Positions 5,275-11,847 of a DNA stretch of 11,847 nucleotides are shown piece after piece. Under the pieces are notes generated by a model. It had not been told where the DNA came from. It searched no databases and saw only the letters and a program-made list of their open reading frames with translations. A program made the translations under genes and the position numbers. The DNA is from Candidatus Aenigmatarchaeota archaeon (lineage in GTDB: Archaea; Aenigmatarchaeota; Aenigmatarchaeia; QMZP01; QMZT01). Within the stretch, counting starts at the first letter, position 1. Each line of letters begins with the position of its first letter. The stretch is taken from positions 1 through 11,847 of the forward strand of contig JBGPQP010000020.1 in assembly GCA_041489155.1 (NCBI GenBank), read 5' to 3'.

Positions 5275-6447
5275 ATGTTTGGCAGGCTGACGAAAGGGAT
5301 CGACGACCCGGACTACAGGAGAGCGCTAGTCATATTGTTCTTCTTTGCCCTGTTCTTCTCGTTCACTTCATTCACCCTTCCCGTTTACATGTCCTCGATA
5401 GGCATGAACGGCTACGAGATAGGCATCCTCATCGCGTTATATACCGTGGCCTCGATATTCGTCACCTTCCCGACCGGCGTGATAAACGACAAGTGGACGA
5501 TAAAGCTCACCGTGATAAGCGGCTTCCTCATGCTCTCGGTTTACTTCTTCGGCCTGGGCTTTTTCGAGAGCTTCGTGATATTCATGCCGCTCTTCCTCAT
5601 CGGAGGGCTTGGCAACAACATATGCGACATCTCGCTGCGCTCGCTGGCTTTCAAGACTGACATGAAGGGCATGGAGGGCAGGAAGTTCGGAACGTTCAGC
5701 CTTGTAAAATTCCTCTCGGCTTCTCTGGGTCTTTTCATCGGCGGCTCGCTAGTCTTCCTCGTCGGCTTCAAGCTCGGCTTCGAGATAATGGGCCTGCTTT
5801 ACCTGCTGGTCATACCCTTCATCTCATTCAAGTCGATTTCCAAGAGTACAATAAAGCTCGGCCAGTACAGGAAGGACGTCCTCACAAAAAAGGTGGTTTT
5901 CCTCGCCGTGGTGATGTTCATCTTTTCTCTGCACTGGGGCTCGGAAAGGACGACGTTCGGCCTCTTCCTGAAGAACGGCCTGGGACTTGACATATTCTGG
6001 CTGGGAGTTTACACTTCGCTTTCGCTCCCCTTCTTGGGCATAGGCTCGTATTACTTCGGCAGGAGAATAGACGCAGGCAAGAGCAACCTGAAGCTCGTCT
6101 ATGTCGCCGGCATGATGATGTCAGGCGTTTCCTACATTCTCAATACAGTGCCTGTCCCGTGGTTCTCTTTCGTCATGCGCATGTTCCACGAGTTCGGCGA
6201 CGGCATGGCCGACATAGCGGTTTACTTCTGGATATCGAAGCTGTTCAAAGTCGAGCGCGTGGGCGGCAGCTCCACTGTATTGTTTACTGTGATGCTGCTG
6301 GGGCAGATAACGGGCTCGCTGATATTCGGCCCGCTCGGGCAGATTGCCGGCTACCATGTGCCCATCATAATAACCGGCATAACCTCCATCGCAAGCGCAT
6401 TACTGCTGCTGGTCTTTGTGAAAATATTCAAAGTCAGCGAGAAATAG
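5275..6447 (+). CDS. Major facilitator superfamily transporter
   Basis: 390 aa with about 12 hydrophobic segments; motif A-like GVINDKWTIK after TM2 and GRRIDAGK in the second half. Confidence 0.88.
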   Translation: MFGRLTKGIDDPDYRRALVILFFFALFFSFTSFTLPVYMSSIGMNGYEIGILIALYTVASIFVTFPTGVINDKWTIKLTVISGFLMLSVYFFGLGFFESFVIFMPLFLIGGLGNNICDISLRSLAFKTDMKGMEGRKFGTFSLVKFLSASLGLFIGGSLVFLVGFKLGFEIMGLLYLLVIPFISFKSISKSTIKLGQYRKDVLTKKVVFLAVVMFIFSLHWGSERTTFGLFLKNGLGLDIFWLGVYTSLSLPFLGIGSYYFGRRIDAGKSNLKLVYVAGMMMSGVSYILNTVPVPWFSFVMRMFHEFGDGMADIAVYFWISKLFKVERVGGSSTVLFTVMLLGQITGSLIFGPLGQIAGYHVPIIITGITSIASALLLLVFVKIFKVSEK

Positions 6448-6450
6448 CAG

Positions 6451-7020
6451 CTAGCCCTCGGACTTTGCGATGCCTAGCTTTTTGGCGAGGGCGATTATTG
6501 CCTTGCGGAATTCGCTGAATGTGCCGTCATTGCTGACCGCGAGGTCAGCGAGTTTTATGGTCTCGTTTATTATCTTTTCCGTCTCCCTCTGCTCGATTTC
6601 CAAAAACTGCTTCATGGTCAGACGGCCCTCGCCCTTCGTGCCGCGCCTGACGACGCGCTCGTAGCGTTTCTTTGTGCTGCAGCTCACATAAACGAGCCTG
6701 AAACCGTCGCCGAACCTTTTCTTGAAGTAGCTGACTTCCTCTGGATAGCGCACGCCACTTATCGCCCAATAGCCTTCGGATTCTATCTTGTCGCAGATGA
6801 GTTTTGTCAGGATATGCTTGCCGCCCTTCCTGCGCATTTCCAGCGCCAGGTCTATAAGGTTTTCGCGCGTCACTTCCTTCCCCGTCTGTCTGAGGAGCGG
6901 CGAGAGGACGTCGTTCGTATACGTCAAGACGCGGAAGCCGTACTTCGCCTTGAGATATTCGGCCATCGTGTCCTTCCCCGATCCCCGCTTGCCCGTCAGG
7001 CCCAGAACAAGGAATTCCAT
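6451..7020 (-). CDS. P-loop nucleotide kinase-like protein (dephospho-CoA kinase/NMP kinase-like, archaeal COG0237 type)
   Basis: N-terminal Walker A GLTGKRGSGKDT, SGVRYPEE, lid-like RYERVVRRG and ADLAVSNDGT. Confidence 0.8.
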   Translation of the reverse strand: MEFLVLGLTGKRGSGKDTMAEYLKAKYGFRVLTYTNDVLSPLLRQTGKEVTRENLIDLALEMRRKGGKHILTKLICDKIESEGYWAISGVRYPEEVSYFKKRFGDGFRLVYVSCSTKKRYERVVRRGTKGEGRLTMKQFLEIEQRETEKIINETIKLADLAVSNDGTFSEFRKAIIALAKKLGIAKSEG

Positions 7021-7075
7021 TTATAGAAATTGCAGAGTGGACTTAAATAAAATTTACTATAATAGGTGTGATATT

Positions 7076-7116
7076 TTTAAAAATAACGGAAGCGCCCGCT
7101 ACCCCGGGCGTTCTGT
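7076..7116 (-). terminator. Putative terminator after the coiled-coil gene
   Basis: CGCCCG-6nt-CGGGCG stem (7093-7110) followed on the minus strand by CTTCCGTTATTTTT. Confidence 0.45.
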
Positions 7117-7125
7117 CGGTTTCGC

Positions 7126-7551
7126 CTAACCCCTGATTTCCTGGTCGAACTGGGCGATCTGGTGCTTCAGGGTTATCAGCATGTCATTCGTTTTCTGCAG
7201 AGATTTCTCGGCCATTTCCTTCTCTTTCCTGATGTTCCTTATCTGCTGGTTGAGGGTGAGCTTGTCTGATTCCATCGCGGCCTTGTCATCTTTCAGCGCG
7301 ATGACCTTTGACTGGAGCTCTTCTTCTTCCTCTTCTTTCCTTTTCATCTCTTCCTGCATCTTGTCCCTGGTTTTCTTGAGGTGGTCCACTACTTCCTTCA
7401 GCTGGATCTCCTCGTCCTTGAGCTGCCTTACCTTTTTCTCCAGAATCTTGCGCTCTTCCTTTATGTCCAAGGCCTTTACAACATCCTCGTTCAGCGTGGT
7501 CAGGACTTCGTCCAAACCTTCATGCACCTTAGCCATCGACTTCGTTGTCAT
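7126..7551 (-). CDS. Hypothetical coiled-coil protein
   Basis: E/K/Q/L-rich heptad pattern along the whole length; SD GAGGTG 5 nt before ATG 7551. Confidence 0.8.
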   Translation of the reverse strand: MTTKSMAKVHEGLDEVLTTLNEDVVKALDIKEERKILEKKVRQLKDEEIQLKEVVDHLKKTRDKMQEEMKRKEEEEEELQSKVIALKDDKAAMESDKLTLNQQIRNIRKEKEMAEKSLQKTNDMLITLKHQIAQFDQEIRG

Positions 7552-7616
7552 CAAGACACCTCGCTTATTTTATATTATAACACTTAATTTCTATATAAAA
7601 CCTTTGACGCCATCCG

Positions 7617-8000
7617 CTACTTCCCCTTCATTCTGTGGTGCTCTAACATCCTCAGTATCTCGGCTAGCTGCAGGTTTATGCTGTCCACGCTTACGCTGGA
7701 GGGAGCGAGTTCTACCCTGCCCTGCTGCAGCGCTTCCTTCTCCACCCAGCCGCCGTGCTCGTAAGAGTAAACATACTTGCTGCTTATGTTCAGGTCGTCG
7801 GTCAGCTTCTTTATCTTGCCTTCCATTATCTCGACGAGCTGCACGAGGGTTTCGTTGTTCTTCTCAAGCCTTCTGATCTGCTCCCTCAGCCCGGAGTTCT
7901 CCGCCTTCATCTTCCTGACAAGCTCCTGGTCCTTCTTGAGAATCTTTTTCGGGTCCCCCATGGAGGACGCGATGATTTTCTTTTCCCAGTAATCGGCCAT
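7617..8000 (-). CDS. Hypothetical protein with N-terminal coiled coil
   Basis: 127-aa ORF, heptads MKAENSGLREQIRRLEKNNETLVQLV, codon usage like neighbouring genes. Confidence 0.75.
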   Translation of the reverse strand: MADYWEKKIIASSMGDPKKILKKDQELVRKMKAENSGLREQIRRLEKNNETLVQLVEIMEGKIKKLTDDLNISSKYVYSYEHGGWVEKEALQQGRVELAPSSVSVDSINLQLAEILRMLEHHRMKGK

Positions 8001-8063
8001 AATAATTCTTATTGGCCCGTGCCCTTAAAAAATAATTCGCGCTTGCATGGCTTTGAAAGAGAA

Positions 8064-8399
8064 TCAGCAGAGCGATACGCCAGTCACTATGTCCCTGTCG
8101 CGCATGAGCTTGCACATCTTGCAGAATTCGAGCGCGGTATGATCCGGCCTGACTTCGCCTCTGGCTATCCTTTCGGTCGCCTTTTCGATGAAAGCGAGCA
8201 GCTCATGGTGCTTAAGGAAGACTGAAGTCTTCCTGCCGCGCAGCTCGCGCCTGTACTGCGAGATTGCGGGCTGCGTCGTGTCGAGCAGTTCCGCGACTTC
8301 GGTCTGCGAGAAGCCGTGGTCTTCCATGAGCTTCTTCGCGACGAGCGCTCGGAAGCCGGGCAGCATTTCGCTTATCATGTATTCGCATAAAGGTTTCAT
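8064..8399 (-). CDS. Archaeal HTH transcriptional regulator (COG2522-like) with C-terminal CxxC
   Basis: MKPLCE...LPGFRALVAKKL...GFSQTEVAELLDTTQPAISQY...RG and FCKMC; alternative starts 8408 and 8411. Confidence 0.85.
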   Translation of the reverse strand: MKPLCEYMISEMLPGFRALVAKKLMEDHGFSQTEVAELLDTTQPAISQYRRELRGRKTSVFLKHHELLAFIEKATERIARGEVRPDHTALEFCKMCKLMRDRDIVTGVSLC

Positions 8400-8453
8400 G
8401 TAAATCATCACAAATTTTCTTGGATTGATGTATTGGCGGAAGGGTTTATAAAC

Positions 8454-8470
8454 ATATCACGCTGTTATAT
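8454..8470. promoter_or_regulatory. Imperfect palindrome next to the TATA box of the HTH regulator gene
   Basis: ATATCAC-GCT-GTTATAT adjacent to TTTATAAA (8445-8452); the 11-mer ACGCTGTTATA recurs at 8798-8808. Confidence 0.45.
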
Positions 8471-8537
8471 TTCCCTCGAAACCAGTTTCGCAAAGTTGGT
8501 TTAAAAGGGCTCCCCCTTTCCGCATTATTTAAAAAAA

Positions 8538-8765
8538 TTACCTTAGTGAATGAGCTTTGTCACCAAAGCTCTCTTCAAATTCCTTGCGGAGTTTGTTTAA
8601 TTCCGAAGACGACTTGATTGCCCTTATCATTTTTTCCAGATCTTCTGTTTTAGGAAGCCATTCATATTTTTTACCGTAATCATCCGTAAATTCCGCCATT
8701 ATCGAGAAGTCTCCGGATTTGGTTTGTTTTTTATTTACCACCCATTTTACAAATTTCAGATTCAT
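8538..8765 (-). CDS. Hypothetical protein (~75 aa)
   Basis: MNLKFVKWVVNKKQ...; TTTAAA about 25 nt upstream of ATG 8765 suggests this start rather than 8855. Confidence 0.6.
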   Translation of the reverse strand: MNLKFVKWVVNKKQTKSGDFSIMAEFTDDYGKKYEWLPKTEDLEKMIRAIKSSSELNKLRKEFEESFGDKAHSLR

Positions 8766-8889
8766 CGTTAATAGTTTAAATTTTGATTTAAAAAGCGACG
8801 CTGTTATAATTTTTCCCGGCCCTGCCGTGCAAAGCAATTTAAAAGTTGCTTTCAATTATCAAGCGACCTTTTTTTGCGTTTATACCAGG

Positions 8890-9279
8890 ATGGTTGTCTT
8901 CATGTATGGAAACTCTGCATATGATAACGGCAGAATCAAGAACTGGTACGGCTTCACGGCAAGAAGGCATAACTCCTTGCTGAATTTTTATATTGATCCC
9001 GCCATTCCGGGCGATTTCATAGAACTCAAGATAAAATACCTGCTTGAAGGCGCTAGGAGAGCGGAAGAGAGCTTGAGAGGGCTTGCCGGTTTTTATGCTG
9101 ACATTGAAAAAAGGTGCGGCAAGATTATGGAGTACAGGGCAAGGCTGGGGGGAAAACATGCCGAAAAACTTCTCCTCCTTATTCTCATTTCGATTGCTTT
9201 GCCAAAGCTCGCGGTTTCGCAGCCACTTCTGAATGGCATTTGCAGCAAGATATCCCTGTTGTACCAGTCACTCAATTAG
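8890..9279 (+). CDS. Hypothetical protein
   Basis: 3' part of ORF 8719..9279 from ATG 8890 (or 8902); fills the gap and stops 4 nt from the convergent DUF362 gene; no motif recognised. Confidence 0.55.
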   Translation: MVVFMYGNSAYDNGRIKNWYGFTARRHNSLLNFYIDPAIPGDFIELKIKYLLEGARRAEESLRGLAGFYADIEKRCGKIMEYRARLGGKHAEKLLLLILISIALPKLAVSQPLLNGICSKISLLYQSLN

Positions 9280-9283
9280 CAGA

Positions 9284-10312
9284 TCAGACCTTCACAATTT
9301 CATATGTTCTTTTCCCCATCCCGAGCTTTTCCGCGTATTGCGGTTGGACGGAGACGTCGATCTTGTTGGCGTCCCTGAAGACGTCTCTGCCTGCCTTGTT
9401 TATTATCATATCTATTGAGGCCTGCTCTATCGCCACGACATCGCTGGACGCGAGGATGCCGATGTCCCTCACCATCGGTTTGCCGGAATCCGCGAGGCAG
9501 TCGCAGTGCGGCGTGATGTTGAGCAGGAAGTTAAAGTAAAGCGTCTTGATTTTATTCGTGATGCCGCAGGCGTATTCGACTATGCGTTCCTGTATCTCTT
9601 CGGCGGTCGTGTTGAACCATGGGATTTCGACCGCGCCGTAAGGGCAGACTGCGATGCAGGTCGCGCAGCCGATGCATTTCGCCTTGTCCATGACCGCGTA
9701 TTCTTCGAGGACGATCGCGTCCGCCGGGCAGTTTTTGACGCAAAGGCCGCACGCTTTGCATTTGTTTTGTTTGAAGACGGGCTTGACCTTCGCGTGCATT
9801 TCGAGCTTGCCCGCGCGGCTGCCGAGGCCCATGCCCACGTTCTTGAGCGCCCCGCCGTAGCCTGCGATGGCATGGCCTTTGCAGTGCGTGACAGCGATCA
9901 TCATCTTGTAGTTCTTCAGGCCTGCGCCGACCTTTATTTTCTTGAAATGCTTCCCGCGGATCGGGATTTGCCACTCCTTACCGCCGTCGTCGCAGATGAC
10001 GACATGCGCGAAATCGAAGCCGTGCCTTTTCGCGAGCGAGAGATGCGTTTCAGTTTTCAGGCGTTCCCCGCGGTAGAGCGTGTTGCACTCGACCAGCTCC
10101 GGCTCGCCGCCGCGGATGCGGACGATGTCGCATATCTTCTTCGCGAACGCCGGGTCGAGATGGGTCTTGTTACCCTTCTCGCCGAAATGCATCTTGATGG
10201 CGACGCGCTTGCCGCGGACGCCGAAGTCCTGCGATATCTTCTCATAGAGCTTCTCTATCGCCTGCAGCATTTCGTCCTTCGAAACCTCCGGTGAAAAGTA
10301 GACCTTTGACAT
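9284..10312 (-). CDS. DUF362-domain protein with a 2x[4Fe-4S] ferredoxin insert (COG2768-like)
   Basis: VAIKMHFGEKGN, CNTLYRGER, HCKGHAIAGYGGALKNVGMG, CKACGLCVKNCP, CIGCATCIAVCP, NITPHCDC, DIGILASSDVVAIEQAS. Confidence 0.92.
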   Translation of the reverse strand: MSKVYFSPEVSKDEMLQAIEKLYEKISQDFGVRGKRVAIKMHFGEKGNKTHLDPAFAKKICDIVRIRGGEPELVECNTLYRGERLKTETHLSLAKRHGFDFAHVVICDDGGKEWQIPIRGKHFKKIKVGAGLKNYKMMIAVTHCKGHAIAGYGGALKNVGMGLGSRAGKLEMHAKVKPVFKQNKCKACGLCVKNCPADAIVLEEYAVMDKAKCIGCATCIAVCPYGAVEIPWFNTTAEEIQERIVEYACGITNKIKTLYFNFLLNITPHCDCLADSGKPMVRDIGILASSDVVAIEQASIDMIINKAGRDVFRDANKIDVSVQPQYAEKLGMGKRTYEIVKV

Positions 10313-10371
10313 GCTAATAATTTCGCTGAATGGAATATAAAATTAAAATAAAAACCGGAAAGAAAAAGCGG

Positions 10372-10680
10372 TTACTTCTTCACGACTTTTTGCTCCTTGA
10401 GAATCATCTTCGCTATCAAGAAGATGACGAAGGCGATTATCACGAAGTTTATGATTGCGCTCAGGAACGAGCCCCATTTCAGTATTACCGGCCCTATCTG
10501 GAACGTTGATACCTTCCAGTCGCCCGTCGCTGAAAGTGCAGGCGAAATCACCGGCATTATTATGTCGTTGACAAGCGACTGCACGAGCGTCGTGAGCGCG
10601 GCGCCTATGATGAAGGCGATGGCGAGGCCCATTACCTTGTATTCGTCAAGGAACTGTTTGAACTCTTTTATAATACCCAT
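10372..10680 (-). CDS. mscL: Large-conductance mechanosensitive channel
   Basis: IKEFKQFL, GLAIAFIIGAA, LVQSLVNDIIMP, WGSFLSAIINFVIIAF; SD GGAGGTG. Confidence 0.93.
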   Translation of the reverse strand: MGIIKEFKQFLDEYKVMGLAIAFIIGAALTTLVQSLVNDIIMPVISPALSATGDWKVSTFQIGPVILKWGSFLSAIINFVIIAFVIFLIAKMILKEQKVVKK

Positions 10681-10784
10681 CTGGACACCTCCTGTTGAAG
10701 TGAATACAAAGGTTAAATAAAAACTTTTGCGCGGCCTTCAGCGGAAAAAATTTTGCAAATTCCGAAAATATATGTCGCAGCATA

Positions 10785-10798
10785 GAAAAGTTTATAAA
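10785..10798 (+). promoter_or_regulatory. BRE/TATA promoter of the nrdR-RNR operon
   Basis: GAAAAG followed by TTTATAAA (10791-10798), just upstream of the NrdR boxes. Confidence 0.65.
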
Positions 10799-10808
10799 GG
10801 ATACCCGA

Positions 10809-10855
10809 CTACTATATATTGGTGTTTTAAGGCGAACGAACACAATATATTGTGT
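10809..10855 (+). promoter_or_regulatory. Tandem NrdR boxes
   Basis: ctaCTATATATTGgtg (10809-10824) and the perfect palindrome ACACAATATATTGTGT (10840-10855) match acaCwAtATaTwGtgt and start 31 bp apart. Confidence 0.9.
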
Positions 10856-10905
10856 TTTCTGTCGGTAGTGAAAATCGCCTTATTTCATAAAAAGCGAGGG
10901 AAAAA

Positions 10906-11361
10906 ATGCGCTGCCCGTACTGCTCGAGCGACGAACTGAAGGTGCTTGACAAGAGAACTTCTGACGAGAAATCAATATGGCGGAGAAGGGAGTGCCTGAA
11001 ATGCGGCAAACGCTTCACCACGTACGAGCGCGTCGAATCCGTCGATCTCATCGTCGTGAAGAAGGACGGCAGGCGCGAGCGCTTCGACAGGAACAAGCTG
11101 AAATCAGGCATCCTCAAGTCGTGCGAAAAGAGGCCGATAACCAACGAGATGATAGAGAAGACGGTGGACGAGATAGAAGGCGAACTGCGCGGGGAGGACA
11201 GCATCGAGATACCGAGCAGGAGGATAGGCGAGCTCGTCATGAAAAAGCTGAAGAAGCTGGACAAAGTTGCTTACATCCGCTTCGCGTCGGTTTACAGGGA
11301 GTTCGAGGACATCGAGAGCTTCCAGAACGAACTGAAGAAGCTCACGGGGGGGAAGGTGTGA
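10906..11361 (+). CDS. nrdR: Transcriptional repressor NrdR
   Basis: MRCPYC...RRRECLKCGKRFTTYER zinc ribbon, ATP cone VVKKDGRRERFDRNKL, and LDKVAYIRFASVYREF. Confidence 0.97.
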   Translation: MRCPYCSSDELKVLDKRTSDEKSIWRRRECLKCGKRFTTYERVESVDLIVVKKDGRRERFDRNKLKSGILKSCEKRPITNEMIEKTVDEIEGELRGEDSIEIPSRRIGELVMKKLKKLDKVAYIRFASVYREFEDIESFQNELKKLTGGKV

Positions 11362-11365
11362 ACGC

Positions 11366-11847
11366 ATGGTTCTGAAGAAAGTTAAAAAGAGGGATGGACG
11401 CATAGTGGACTTCGACATGGACAAGATTATCAACGCGGTTTTCAAGGCCGCCAAATCTGTCGGCGGCGAGGACATGGAGCTCGCCAAGAAGCTCGCCGAG
11501 CAGGTGATGCAAGAGGTAGACGAGAAGTTCCCGAAGGAAATTCCGTCGGTCGAGGACATACAGGACATAGTCGAGAAGGTCCTGATAGAGAACGGCCACG
11601 CCATGACCGCGAAGGCGTACATACTTTACAGGAAAGAAAGGGAGGAGGCGAGGAAGGCGAAGGAGATGCTCGGCGTGAGGGACGAGCTCAAGCTTTCGGT
11701 AAACACGATAAAGGTCCTGAAAGCGAGATACCTTATAAAAGACGAGGAAGGCAACGTCATCGAATCGACCTCGGAGATGTTCAGGCGCGTAGCGAGGCAT
11801 ATCGCGCTGGCAGACATCCTTTACCACTACCTTGTCTTCGACAAGGA
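11366..11847 (+). CDS. nrdJ: Ribonucleotide reductase with N-terminal ATP cone, probably class II (B12-dependent); truncated by the window end
   Basis: Manual translation MVLKKVKKRDGRIVDFDMDKIINAVFKAA...SVEDIQDIVEKVLIENGH..TAKAYILYR...LSVNTIKVLKARYLIKDEEGNVIES..EMFRRVA; open to the end. The post-cone motif fits class II/Ia, not class III. Confidence 0.85.
   Translation, partial: MVLKKVKKRDGRIVDFDMDKIINAVFKAAKSVGGEDMELAKKLAEQVMQEVDEKFPKEIPSVEDIQDIVEKVLIENGHAMTAKAYILYRKEREEARKAKEMLGVRDELKLSVNTIKVLKARYLIKDEEGNVIESTSEMFRRVARHIALADILYHYLVFDK

Noticed and set aside
7181..8225. Plus-strand ORFs of 231 and 156 aa
   Set aside because: Antisense shadows of Lys/Glu-rich genes (poly-Ser/Phe/Leu composition).
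9506..10294. 262-aa plus-strand ORF
   Set aside because: Antisense shadow of the DUF362 gene; no recognisable domain.
10763..10778. Possible third NrdR box (CGAAAATATATGTCGC)
   Set aside because: Lacks the conserved C4 and G13 and is 46 bp from box 1, off the 31-32 bp spacing.
10800..10905. Cobalamin riboswitch ahead of the probable B12-dependent RNR
   Set aside because: The leader is short and AT-rich, occupied by NrdR boxes, and shows no B12-box motif.

Overview
Archaeal chromosomal window, probably from a DPANN-type lineage (inferred from a TBP gene, a 'KAQSAMEYL' class III signal peptide protein, an intron-containing tRNA without encoded CCA, and TATA-type promoters). Left to right: an AT-rich gene broken by a 32-bp tandem duplication; a small CxxC/CxxC zinc-finger ORF missing from the ORF track; an RsuA-family pseudouridine synthase; a pilin-like protein; an ArsR + ArsP-like permease pair; an AT-rich tract (~3522-4955) at the 3' end of tRNA-Thr(UGU); an MFS transporter; a P-loop nucleotide kinase; two coiled-coil proteins; an HTH regulator; two hypotheticals; a DUF362 Fe-S protein; MscL; and nrdR followed by the 5' part of a probable class II ribonucleotide reductase, with two NrdR boxes 31 bp apart. 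Most unusual: (1) two 76-bp end modules (3522-3597, 4251-4326), each combining a copy of the tRNA 3' end, a conserved ~29-bp block, a 20-nt variable stretch and a TATA-like motif, which divide the tract into integrase-less cassettes carrying a TBP, an excisionase-like fragment and a stand-alone ATP cone; (2) a hairpin element shared between the 76-nt tRNA intron and the tRNA upstream region. All family calls come from motif recognition by eye; no searches were run.
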